From assembly GCA_040954595.2 (NCBI GenBank), contig CM082579.2, forward strand, positions 15,538,550 through 15,602,549: DNA of 64,000 nucleotides. Reading direction: 5' to 3'. The translations under genes were made by a program, and so were the position numbers. The DNA comes from Balanoglossus misakiensis (Eukaryota; Animalia; Hemichordata). A model generated the notes under the pieces. That model had not been told where the DNA came from and ran no database searches. It worked only from the letters and a program-made list of their open reading frames with translations. Below are positions 26,827 to 38,800 of the stretch, piece by piece (the stretch's first letter is position 1; every line of letters begins with the position of its first letter).

Positions 26827-28798
26827 GTGACGGAGATTTAGCCGAGCCAGGCCGTAGAAAAATCGACTTGTTCAACGTTACCAGTGTGCAACTGTTTCTG
26901 TTCTAGAGTGTCAGGGTTTTAGCCGACTTATGCTGTAGGAAATCTGAGTTGATGAATGGGAATTCAATGTTAGAAAACCCGTGTGGAAAGTATCTCTACC
27001 CGTTTGAAACTAAGAAAAGAATTTATTCTTATTTATTTTGTAAAAAAGACAATTTTTCGAAAAAAAGTCGAAAATGGTAATTTTGTTTTGGGTGATTCAA
27101 ATTATACCGCCTTTTCTGGAATTTGCAGCACTTTTTACAAGAGAACGACACTTCATGCTCCATAATATTTCCGAAAATGAAGAAAAGAGTTAATTTTTTA
27201 TGATTTTTTAAAAATTTACCATTTTTGTCAAAATATGGCCAAATGGCTATTTTTTCTTGAATTCCGTCAATATCTCTGCATTTTTGGAGTGATCGAAAGT
27301 TTTAACATATAATCAACATGTCATATATGATCAGGGCACCAAATTCGAAGAACAAAGGTTTTTTTTATTTTTTTTTCTAAAAATGACATTTTCAAGGAAA
27401 ATTTGGTAAAACGCAATTTTGTCTGCAGTGAGCCAAATTGGCCGTTTTTTGTGGAATTTGTATCGATATATATATACGAAGAGCATTCTATACTCCATCA
27501 GATTTCCGAAAATGTAGAAAACAGGTATTTTTGTAATTTTCAAAAATTTACCATTTTGACAAAATTGTGGCTAAAATTGTTATTTTCGTGTTGAATGCCG
27601 CCAGTGTCACTGCTTTTAAAAGTCATAAAAACTTTTAACATACAAGCAATTGTTGATATATGTGATCAGGTCACCGAATTAAAAAAATAAAGAATGTTTT
27701 CCCTAAAAATGACCTTTTTGGTGCAAAAACGAATAAAACGCAATTTTGTATTAAATCAGCTCATTCAGAGTGCATTTTTTATAATCAGCACCATTTTTAC
27801 ATATAATGGAAATTTCATACATCATCAGATATCCAAATATGAAAAAAATATTTAGATTTTAGATGATTGTCCAAAATTAGCTGATATCTAATAAATGTAG
27901 TATTGAACCGTTCTGTCCCCCCCCTACATTATATGCGGTACGCCGATGTCAGCTTACCCTGCAGTACTGCAGGCCGTGCCCCCAACTAACGTCGGTGTCT
28001 GAAACGCCCTGGTTAAATTCGGGCTCTCTCTATAAATTGACAGGCAATAATGCAGTCCTACCCGAACAAATGTCGAGTGTTGACCCGCTGTGACTTTCCC
28101 TCTTCGGTTTGCCCGACTTAGCCAACGTCTTTGTACCGGAGTGTCGGGTCTTTTGCAGAGCCAGGCCGAAGGAAATCCGACTTGATCACCGTTGCTAACG
28201 AACGCTAGTGTCTGTCATGGTGTGCCGGGGTTTTAGCCGAGTCACGCCGTAGGAAATCTGACTTGATCAACGTGGTCTCTGTACGCGTGTTTCTGCTCTA
28301 GAGTGCCAGGGCTTTAGCCAAGCCATGCCGTAGGAAATCTGACTTGATCAACGTTGCTAACGAACGCTAGTGTCTGTCATAGTGTGCCTGGGTTTTAGTC
28401 GAGCCAAGCCTTAGGAGATCAGACTTGATCAACGTGGTCTCTGTACGCGTGTTTCTGCTCTGGAGTGCCGGGGCTTTATCCAAGCCATGCCGTAGAAAAT
28501 CTGACTTGATCACCGTTGCTAACGTACGCTAGTGTCTGTCATATTGTGACGGAGATTTAGCCGAGCCAGGCAGTAGAAAAATCGACTTGTTCAACGTTAC
28601 CAGTGTGCAACTGTTTCTGCTCTAGAGTGTCAGGGTTTTAGCCGACTTATGCTGTAGGAAATCTGAGTTGATGAACGGGAATTCAATGTTAGAAAACCCG
28701 TGTGGAAAGTATCTCTACCCGTTTGAAACTAAGAAAAGAATTTATTCTTATTTATTTTGTAAAAAAGACAATTTTTCGAAAAAAAGTCGAAAATGGTA

Positions 28799-29385
28799 GT
28801 TTTGTTTACACTCACTAGCACTATCCACAGTAAAACACGACACAACAATATGTACAGTGTGTGGTCACGTTGCTAGCCGTCCACATTTATTACCCTCCAT
28901 AGACCTACATAAGTCTTGAGTTTAATACAAGAAAGTTAATTACTACTCGTGAAAGAGAAAAAGCCAGAGTACCATGTAATTGCTAGTAAAAACCTTTACA
29001 AAAGTACAATGCGAAAACAAGTGCTGAATACATCTCGCACTAAAAACCAGAGAGAAAACCTATCTATTTAATAGGCCAAAAACTCTGGAAAAGCGTTAGA
29101 TGTTCAGACACACTGACTCTCCACTAAGAACAATAGAATAATACAACTCTAAAGAAAAAATTAGCCGTGTAGTCACCTTGCCAGCAACGTGTAGACTGAC
29201 GTTCCGCTAGTGATAGCGCCCTCTATGGCAACAAAACATTACTTTCTTGTATCTACTACGTGCCTCAAGAAAGTACACGTTTTGTTTACACTCACTAGCA
29301 CTATCCACAGTAAAACACGACACAACAATATGTACAGTGTGTGGTCACGTTGCTAGCCGTCCACATTTATTACCCTCCATAGACC
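28799..29385 (-). repeat. Split direct repeat block B2-spacer-A2-B1
   Basis: 107-bp B copies appear identical; 122-bp A2 appears identical to A1 at 33546-33667. Confidence 0.95.
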
Positions 29386-29418
29386 AAAAACAGAAGGGGA
29401 ATTAGAGAAGAAACGGCT

Positions 29419-30469
29419 TTAAATACCCAGACTCCTTGATACCTTAAGTAAGCTATCCACGTCGTCTTGAATATACCCATCCTTTGCAGCATCAGATTTC
29501 CACCTACCATGTTTCTTAAGCTCTCGGTCACTGACTCCAGCGTGAGCTGCTGCAGTTGTTCCCCCAATCCTAAAAGAAATGTGTCCCAAAACACGAAACG
29601 TCTGGAACAACAGCCCCCAACTTCTCTCTAACAATCTCCCTTACACGGGTATAGCTTAACTTCTTATTTAGGTGGACCAAACTACATTTGCCACCGGATG
29701 AAAAAAGTGGTCTAAAAATGAATGCATCCTGATTTGTCACAGGCCCTAAAAGGGATAGATACTGCTCCAGCTTAGCAACTGGACACGCTGGACCCCCAGT
29801 TCTAGCTACATGAACTGAGTTGCCCTGTTTACACTGATCTGTTTTGCTTTGGCTAACCCAAATGACAACATGGGAAGAACAAATGTAAATATCCTTAAAC
29901 TTAATATTGACAACATCGCTATATCTAAAAAATCCTGCGTATGCTAGCAGGATCAAACAAACGTCTCTAACATCTTTTAACAAACGTGAGTCCTTAAACA
30001 GTGAAGTAATGTCTTGTAAAATATTACTCGTAACTGGTCGTTTCTTTTGCACCGGTTTTCCCAGGAGGCGACAGGCTGAAGCCACCAAATTTTGCACAAA
30101 AGGATTCTCTGTTAGGGATGGTAACCCTGCCAAATTGTGGGCCCAACGAATACCGTAATGTGCAACTTCAACAGATTGCTTAGTTGCCCCCTTATCCAAG
30201 CCACACTGAATTAAATTTGAAAAATAAAGGGAAACATGCGCAACCTGTGCAGGAAAAACAGGAAAGCTAAAACTCTTGGCAAAAGTTGCCCAACGGTGAA
30301 AAGCTGCTGCGTAAACTCTGGTTGTTGAATCAGCTTTGGAAGCCATAGCGAAAACTGGCAGTGCCATAGCCAATCTACTGATCTCCGGACTATCACGTGC
30401 TGGGCTGTCAATTTCTTTCCATATTCCAGTGCTGAATACCTCAGTGTCTGTAATAAACAAAAAGTGCAT
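29419..30469 (-). CDS. Tyrosine recombinase (ORF3), +1 frameshift at ~29578
   Basis: GFFRYSD, SKTDQ, CPV; removing one T restores GTHSFRIGG; HGRWKS..GY. Confidence 0.88.
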
Positions 30470-30580
30470 TAAATGTCATTACATAGCTAATGCTAGTGTT
30501 CCATGTGCACATAACGTGCTTGGACTACAATGATTAGAACATTTGTCTAATACTAGAGTCCGCCATAACGGCCAGCCAGC

Positions 30581-32665
30581 CTATGAATTGCTGCATAATT
30601 TGCATCCACCGGCCGCTGCAGTGCAAAACCCTGCTTTACGTACTCTGTTTTTTGTCGTATAGTCTAGTCTTAGTGCTAGGATTCTAAATCTCAGAGCTTT
30701 ACCTCCAAAGACTGAGTTTCTCCCCCTGCCCTTGTGAAAAACATTCTCCCCATTTGGCAAATCTAGCCAATCGTGAACACCATCATTGAAGTGCAGGCCA
30801 TCTGGGCACACTGCTGGCCAATAATAGGCAGATCTCCACACAGGGACCACCATCGTTCCCTTGCCCTTGCACTCTTTCAGATACCTCATTGCCTTACCAA
30901 TCAAGCACACTGGTGGTAATAACCAGTTATTATCAGATCCCCACAACTGGGTAAAAGCATCAACTGCTTCGGTATTTGGACACCAATACCTTGAGTTAAA
31001 TCGTAAACATTTTGTGTTATACGAACAAGCAAATCTGTCCACTGTAAATGGACCCCACAGACAGTTCAGATGGTTAAAAATGTCTGGACTAATCCCCCAG
31101 TCATCTGTGTCAACCACTTTACTGATAAAATCAGCTTTCTCGTTCAGTGATCTGGGAATCCACTCTGGTAGCAGAGAAACTGCGTTGCTTACACAAAAAG
31201 CGTAGATCTGAAGTGCTATTTTTTGTAACTCTGGCTTCATGCTGCCTTTTGCGATAATGCTCACCACATTTTGGTTATCAGTGAACCACTTTACTGTGTG
31301 GCCCTGGATGATGTGCGTAATACTGACAAGAATTCTATGAACTGCTTCAAGTTCACGCCATGTAGAGCTCTTACCTGCTTCGAACTGTGACCAGTTGCCC
31401 TGTGCAACACAATCCCCATACTCTACTACATAGCCACCGTATCCTGTGCTAGAAGCGTCTGAGTACACCACTCTTGTGGCTTTGGATGTAAACCTCATGG
31501 CTACCCCGTTTAAATTTGGTATGTTGTCATGCCAAAACCGCAATTCCTGAATCGCTTCCATGCCTAATATTACTCTACTACCCCACGATGAACGTGTATT
31601 CAATGCAAAAATTAAATGCCTGGTCATCATTAAGACAACATTGCCAATGCCAATTCTCGTGGAAATGACATGGCCAATTACCTGGGCCAATTTCCTGGCG
31701 TGGACTGGAGTGAAGCTTTTTGATGAACTACAGTTAGACAGCAAATCGGCCAGTAAACCATGCAATCTTTGCAGACGACGAATGGGTATGAAAAACTTAC
31801 CTTGTTCCAGGTCAATCTCTACACCTAGCCATTCCAGCTTTTGCACAGGCTCCCAAACACTCTTACCTTGGTTAATTGCAAGTCCAAATGCTACCAAGTC
31901 ATGTTCCACCTCATGTGATGCAACTGTGGCAGATTGCAAAGAACTCCCAGCACCAAGCCCGTCATCTAGGTAAACAACTACTGCCTTACCTTCCCCTCTC
32001 CATTTTGCTACTAGAGGGCGTAGTAACTTAGTAAAAACATATGGTCCTGAAGACAGCCCAAATGGGAGAACACAGAAAATAAAATACCTTCTTGTCCCGT
32101 TGAAAACCCAGGAAAACCCCAGAAATTTGCGATGAGCTGGGAAAATTTCAACATGGTGATAACCTGACTTTAGGTCAAACTTAAACATGAAACTCCCTAG
32201 TTCCAAAAACTCTTTTGCAATACTCAAATCTTCACAGCGAAAACTTTGCTTGAAGATGTGCAAATTAACCTTACGTAAATCTAAAATCAAACGCTCCTTT
32301 CCGTCATGATTTAGTGCCACTGAAAGAGGATTGCACACAAATGGAACCTCATTGACCTCCTCTATGGCCCCTGAATGCAAAAGCTTGCCGATTTCCGAAG
32401 AAACAAAAACACTATTAGAACAAGCCGAGCGATTATTTGATGCGAATGATGAAGGAGGCGATGAAAATAGAGGTAACTTGTAACCATATTCAATAAGCTC
32501 CAAAATCCAATTTGGCGCGTTAATTTCCCGCCATTTTGCAAGATGACGCTTCAAGCCTCCCCTAACGATGACGTCGTCGTGAGGACGACAAATAAAACTC
32601 TCCCCTAAAATAGAGGCTTCTTTTGTAAACCCAATTGCATCAGAGAAATCTCCCTCCCATGACAA
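30581..32665 (-). CDS. RT-RNase H-methyltransferase-like polyprotein (ORF2)
   Basis: DLKSGYHH, LPFGL, YLDD, YSDAS, RELEA, TDN, ADFIS, then DRFA..AVDAF..W..NNWLLPP typical of the DIRS/PAT MT domain. Confidence 0.92.
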   Translation of the reverse strand: MSWEGDFSDAIGFTKEASILGESFICRPHDDVIVRGGLKRHLAKWREINAPNWILELIEYGYKLPLFSSPPSSFASNNRSACSNSVFVSSEIGKLLHSGAIEEVNEVPFVCNPLSVALNHDGKERLILDLRKVNLHIFKQSFRCEDLSIAKEFLELGSFMFKFDLKSGYHHVEIFPAHRKFLGFSWVFNGTRRYFIFCVLPFGLSSGPYVFTKLLRPLVAKWRGEGKAVVVYLDDGLGAGSSLQSATVASHEVEHDLVAFGLAINQGKSVWEPVQKLEWLGVEIDLEQGKFFIPIRRLQRLHGLLADLLSNCSSSKSFTPVHARKLAQVIGHVISTRIGIGNVVLMMTRHLIFALNTRSSWGSRVILGMEAIQELRFWHDNIPNLNGVAMRFTSKATRVVYSDASSTGYGGYVVEYGDCVAQGNWSQFEAGKSSTWRELEAVHRILVSITHIIQGHTVKWFTDNQNVVSIIAKGSMKPELQKIALQIYAFCVSNAVSLLPEWIPRSLNEKADFISKVVDTDDWGISPDIFNHLNCLWGPFTVDRFACSYNTKCLRFNSRYWCPNTEAVDAFTQLWGSDNNWLLPPVCLIGKAMRYLKECKGKGTMVVPVWRSAYYWPAVCPDGLHFNDGVHDWLDLPNGENVFHKGRGRNSVFGGKALRFRILALRLDYTTKNRVRKAGFCTAAAGGCKLCSNS

Positions 32666-32761
32666 TAAAGAGCAATTACAGCCCGAAATATTGCAGGGAA
32701 CATTGATATTTTGGCCAATACTTAACTTTTCAGCCTGGGTGTCATGTCGTCCTTGTAATGG

Positions 32762-33496
32762 TCACATCGGACCATTTCCTGAGCCGCTGCTGGTTCCCGC
32801 CAAAACTCCTTGTAGTACCCCAGTACTGTTAGAATGTCCCACGGAACGGCATTCATGTCTGAAATTTCCGGGCTTTCCACAAGCAAAGCATAGACCGCTA
32901 CGTACTCTCTTCGCATCCCTATCTCTGAAGAACGGCCCTTGGGTACCAACGGCGGCGTTGTCTGTGTATTGCCCCTGTCGCTCGCGACCTCTGAACTTCT
33001 GTTTCTTTTGGCGCTGCTCTTTGGAACGACGGCCTGCTCTCAGCTCAGCTTTCCAAATACGCTTCTCATCGTCGCTGTCCTCAGCCAACTCATGCGAGCG
33101 ATATTCCTGCGCTGTTGCCCATCCAAATTCTGAATTTTCCGCCAGCAGAATCAATTTTTGTCTCTGTCCTATCTCATTAATACCTTCATCAATCTTCTTT
33201 AGTGCTCCTTCGTATCTTTTAGCTTCCAACTCCGTTTTGGTCTCCTCGATGATGTCCAACACCTTGTCGTTGTGCTTATATTGGTCCGCATTAGCCTGCT
33301 TTTTGAAGGTCGGGGCTTCTTTGTGTTTCAGACGTTTGAACTCGCCCATGACCTCGCGCGCGGTTCCTTCTTGCGTGGTGCTGAGCTCGTTTTTCATAAC
33401 TTGTAATTTCTGAGTGATAAGCTGATTAATAGAAGTCAGCAACTGCCCGTTGTTAGCCTGGATGGCTTCAGAAATGGTTGAAGACTGGTCTTCCAT
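32762..33496 (-). CDS. Gag-like ORF1
   Basis: From ATG (MEDQSS); RQKLILLAENSEFGW, LAEDSDDEKRI, CFACGKPGNFRHEC knuckle-like motif. Confidence 0.85.
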   Translation of the reverse strand: MEDQSSTISEAIQANNGQLLTSINQLITQKLQVMKNELSTTQEGTAREVMGEFKRLKHKEAPTFKKQANADQYKHNDKVLDIIEETKTELEAKRYEGALKKIDEGINEIGQRQKLILLAENSEFGWATAQEYRSHELAEDSDDEKRIWKAELRAGRRSKEQRQKKQKFRGRERQGQYTDNAAVGTQGPFFRDRDAKRVRSGLCFACGKPGNFRHECRSVGHSNSTGVLQGVLAGTSSGSGNGPM

Positions 33497-35828
33497 GTTG
33501 ATGGGAACCAAGATCGCCGAAATAAGTGACCGAACACGAAGCGCGAAAATTAGCCGTGTAGTCACCTTGCCAGCAACGTGTAGACTGACGTTCCGCTAGT
33601 GATAGCGCCCTCTATGGCAACAAAACATTACTTTCTTGTATCTACTACGTGCCTCAAGAAAGTACACATTTTGTCTTGGGTGATTTAAATTATACCGCCT
33701 TTTCTGGAATTTGCAGCACTTATTACATGAGAACGACACTTCATTATCCATAATATTTCCGAAAATGAAGAAAAGAGTTAATTTTTTATGATTTTTTTAA
33801 AAATTACCATTTTTGTCAAAATATGGCCAAAATGGCTATTTTTTCTTGAATTCCGTCAATATCTCTGCATTTTTGGAGTGGTCGAAAGTTTTAACATACA
33901 ATCAACATGTCATATATGATCAGGGCACCAAATTCGAAGAAGAAAGGTTTTTTTATTTGTTTTTCTAAAAATGAGACATTTTCAAGGAAAATTTGGTAAA
34001 ACGCCATTTTGTCTACAGTGAGCCAAATTAGACGGTCTTTTGTGGAATTTGTATCGATATATACATACGAAGAGCATTCTATACTCCATCAGATTTCCGA
34101 AAATGTAGAAAACAGGTATTTTTTGTAATTTTCAAAAAATTACCATTTTGACCAAATTGTGGCTAAAATTGTTATTTTCGTGTTGAATGCCGCCAGTGTC
34201 ACTGCTTTTAAAAGTCATAAAACTTTTAACATACAAGCAATTGTTTATATATGATCAGGTCACCGAATTAAAAAAATAAAGAATGTTATGCCTAAAAATG
34301 ACCTTTTTGGTGCAAAAACGAATAAAACGCAATTTTGTATTAAATCAGCTCATTCAGAGTGCATTTTTTATAATCAGCACCATTTTTACATATAATGGAA
34401 ATTTCATACATCATCAGATATCCAAATATGAAAAAATGATTTAGATTTTAGATGATTGTCCAAAATTAGCTGATATCTAATAAATGTAGTATTGAACCGT
34501 TCTGTTCCCCCCCCCCCTACATTATATGAGGTACGCCGATGTCAGCTTACCCGGCAGTACTGCAGGCCGTGCCCCCAACTAACGTCGGTGTTTGAAACGC
34601 CCTGGTTAAATTCGGGCTTTCTCGATAAATTGACAGGAAATAATGCAGTCCTAGCCGAACAAATGTCAAGTGTTGAACCGCTGTGACTTTCCCTCTTAGT
34701 TTGCCCGACTTAGCCAACGTCTTTGTACTAGAGTGTCGGGTCTTTTGCAGAGCCAGGCCGAAGGAAATCCGACTTGATCACCGTTGCTAACGAACGCTAG
34801 TGTCTGTCATGGTGTGCCGGGGTTTTAGTCGAGCCAGGCCATAGGAGATCTGACTTGATCATCGTGGTCAATGTACGCGTGTTTCCGCTCGAAAGTGCCG
34901 GGGCTTCAGCTAAACCAGGCCGTAGGAAATCCGACGTAATCACCGTTGATAACTTACGCCAGTCTGTGTCATATAGAGCCGGTGCACCAGCCGACTCACG
35001 CCGTAGGAAATCTGACTTGATCAACGTGGTCTCTGTACGCGTGTTTCTGCTCTAGAGTGCCAGGGCTTCAGCCAAGCCATGCCGTAGGAAATCTGACTTG
35101 ATCAACGTTGCTAACGAACGCTAGTGTCTGTCATAGTGTGCCGGGGTTTTAGTCGAGCCAAGCCGTAGGAGATCAGCCTTGATCAACGTGGTCAATGTAC
35201 GCCTGTTTCTGCTCTAGAGTGCCGGGGCTTCAGCTGAGCCAGGCCGTAGGAAACCCGACGTGATTACAGTTGTTAACTTACGCCAGTCTGTGTCCTATAT
35301 ATAGTGCGGGGGCATCAGCCGTGCCAGGCCGAAGGAAATGTGAGTAGATCAACGTGGTCTCTGTACACGTGTTTCTGCTCTAGAATGCCAGGGCTTTAGC
35401 CAAGCCATGCCGTAGGAAATCTGACTTGATCAACGTTGCTACGGAACGCTAGTGTCTGTCATAGTGTGCCGGGGTTTTAGTCGAGCCAAGCCGTAGGAGA
35501 TCAGACTTGATCAACGTGGTCTCTGTACGCGTGTTTCTGCTCTAGAGTGCCGGGGCTTTATCCAAGCCATGCCGTAGAAAATCTGACTTGATCAACGTTG
35601 CTAACGTACGCTAGTGTCTGTCATATTGTGACGGAGATTTAGCCGAGCCAGGCCGTAGAAAAATCGACTTGTTCAACGTTACCAGTGTGCAACTGTTTCT
35701 GCTCTAGAGTGTCAGGGTTTTAGCCGACTTATGCTGTAGGAAATCTGAGTTGATGAACGGGAATTCAATGTTAGAAAACCCGTGTGGAAAGTATCTCTAC
35801 CCGTTTGAAACTAAGAAAAGAATTTATT

Positions 35829-38800
35829 AGGTATTGTTGGAATATTTCTTCTTTATTACGGGCCCAAGCCAAGCCAGGCTTGGGCCCGTATTGGTTTCGC
35901 TGGGGTTTTTTAGGGCCCAAGCGCAAGCAAGCGCTTGGGCCCTATTGGTTTCGTTGGAATTTTTAGGGCCCAAGCCCAGCAGGCTTGGGCCCTATTGGTA
36001 TTACTGGCTTTTTTCTTCTACTTCTTCTTCTTCTTCTTGTGTCGTTTTATCGGCCAGCTAGATCTGGAAAACGGCTGAACCCACAAATCTCAAATTTGGC
36101 ACAATGGTGCAGGCCAATGACAGCTGGTGCAGTACCATTGTGAATGTTTAATTAGTCATGTGACCTGATGACCATATATGGGCAAAATTTATTATTAGCA
36201 TATGTATGGAGATATCAAAATTCCTTTAGCAACTTTTGTGGACCATGAGGTCAGCATTGAACATGCCAAATGTCAAGGCCATAGGCCTTGTCAATTTTGA
36301 GAAGAAGATTTTTAAGTATTATTTTTCATATTTTTCGCCCAAGCCATCGGCCTATACTATACATAGCTTTGACTATACAAGCTTTGACCACATATTATTT
36401 TGGATGAATATGCAGTCATATCTAAAAATCGGTTGGGCCGATCAACTCCAACTTTGGTGTGCAGGTAGCCTAGCATTTGCCAATAATTTTAAGCGAAAAA
36501 AATTAATATGAAAAATCGACCGATTTTTTTATATTAATTTTTTAATGAAATTTATACTATTACTTATACCACTATGGTTAAGCTATGTCCACGTCTTATT
36601 TAGAATTCTGCAATGATCCTGTACACTGACTGTCTATTGGCCCGTGTGCAGAATGGGACCAAAATAAAAGGCACAATTTTGGGCTCACCTGTAACACCTG
36701 CTTAACTCATTAATTATGTGCATACCTAATTCCGGGGAAACTAATAGGGCTAGAGGTATTGTTCTTGTGTGACATGGACTAGTATGGGGTCAGAAATTTT
36801 TGCCCAAATTTTGGATGACCTCAGGTGACCTTTGACCTACTTTCCTATATCTCGGCATCCAGAGCAGGTACAGACTTGCAGTTTCGAGGGTTGGGACTGA
36901 AATTGAAAAGCCAAAATTGGGGTCACCTGTGACACCTGCCTACCTCATTAATTATGTGCATACCTAATTCCGGGCTAACTAAGAGGGCTAGAGGTTTTGT
37001 TCTTATGAGACATGGACCAGTATAGGGTCAACAAATTTTGCCAAAATTTTGGGTGACCTCAGGTGACCTTTGACCTACTTTCCTATATCTCGGCATCCAG
37101 ATCAGGTACAGACTTTGCATTCAGAGGGATGGAACTCCCAATGGAGTCTTACACTTTACCTCATTAATTATGTGCATACCTAATTCCAGGCTACCCAATA
37201 GGGTTATAGGTTTGGTTTTTGTTGAACATGGACCAGTATAGGGTCAAAATTTCTTGCCCAAATTTTGTATAACCTCAGATGACCTTTGACCTACTTTACC
37301 AGATCTTGGCATCCAGAGCACGTACAGACTTGGCGTTTGGAGGGTTGGGACTAAACTTGAAAAGGCAAAATTGGGGGTCACCTGTGACACCTGCCTACCT
37401 CATTGATTATGTGCATACCTAATTCCAGGCTAATTAATAGGGCTATAGATTTGGTTTTTGTTGAACATGGACCAGTATGAGGTCAAAATTTCTTGCCCAA
37501 ATTTTGCATGAACTCAGGTGACCTTTGACCTACTTTACCATATCGTGGCATCCTGAGCAGATATGCTTATTGCTATGTTGCTATGTGCTATGTTCGCTTG
37601 GGCCCGCTATTGCTGCTTGCAGCTATATTTAGGGCCCAAGCGCTTGCTTGCGCTTGGGCCCTATTGGTTTCGTTGGGGTTTTTCTTTCTTTCTTTCTTTC
37701 TTTTTTCTTGTGTCAATTCTTCGGCCAACGAGATCTCTGAAACTACTGCAGGTACACTGCTCAAATTTGCTACAGTGGTCAAGGTCAATAAGTAGATGTG
37801 CAGTGACTTGTGAATACTTAATTAGTCACGTGACCTGGCGGCCATATTGGATTTCCTGAAAAAATGCAAATCTCAGATCTCAGAAACTACAAGTCAGATC
37901 GACTTCAGATTTGGCGTGCAGGTAGTGTACCTTCTACCCATCATTTTTGTAATTGGATATTTTGCTGTCAATGTTGCAGTTTTTTTGCTACAGTTGTTTT
38001 TCTGAAATCTGGTCAAAATTTCAAAAATCTTCTTCTCCAGAACCGGCGATAACCGAGTCACGCGGTTTGTGGTATGTGGTCACCTAACTGATGTCTATCA
38101 AGTTTGCGAAGATCATTGTGATTGGTCAAAGATTATGGCGGCCATATTGGATTTTCGAAAAACCATAGTAAAGCTCAAAAAATCTTCTCCAGAACAGGCA
38201 ATAACTGAGTCGCAAGATTCGGGGAGTATGGTCACTACACTGATGTCTATCAAGTTTGCAAAGAACATTGTGATTGGTCGAAAATTATGGCGGCCATATT
38301 GGATTTTGTAAAAAGCAGTGAAAAATTGAAATTCCTTTTTCTAGTCTAAAAATTGATAGCATACAAATTCTTTTTATGGATATCAATCGTCATGTGACTA
38401 AAATATGTTACAATTTTTTGGCGATTTTTCACATGACCTTTGACGTACTTATCACGCGTTATTATTTCTGCATATTTAATTCCAGGCTAACCTATAGGGC
38501 TAGACGTTTGGTTTTTGATGAATGTGGATTAGTGTGTGATCAAAATATTTTGCTACTTTTCATGACCCCTTTGACCTCTGCTGACCTCATTAATTATGTG
38601 CATAGCTAATTACAGGCGAACCAATAGAGCTAGAGGTTTGGTTTTTGTTGGACATGGACCAGTATGGGATCAACATTTTTTGCCCAAATGTTGGGTGACC
38701 TCTGGTGACCTTTGACCTACTTTCGCATATCTCAGCATCCAGAGCAGATACAGCCATGGCATTTGGTAGGATGGGACCAAAATGTAAAGCCACATTTTTG

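Larger units (their letters stand above)
28799..33667 (-). mobile_element. PAT-like (DIRS order) tyrosine-recombinase retrotransposon with split direct repeats
   Basis: A1 33546-33667, ORFs, B1 29279-29385, A2 29157-29278, B2 28799-28905; gag, RT/RH/MT and YR ORFs; no TSD. Confidence 0.93.

Noticed and set aside
28799-33667. Classification as Ngaro or DIRS1-like
   Set aside because: No inverted terminal repeats or ICR (not DIRS1); the MT-like domain favours PAT over Ngaro, pending phylogeny.
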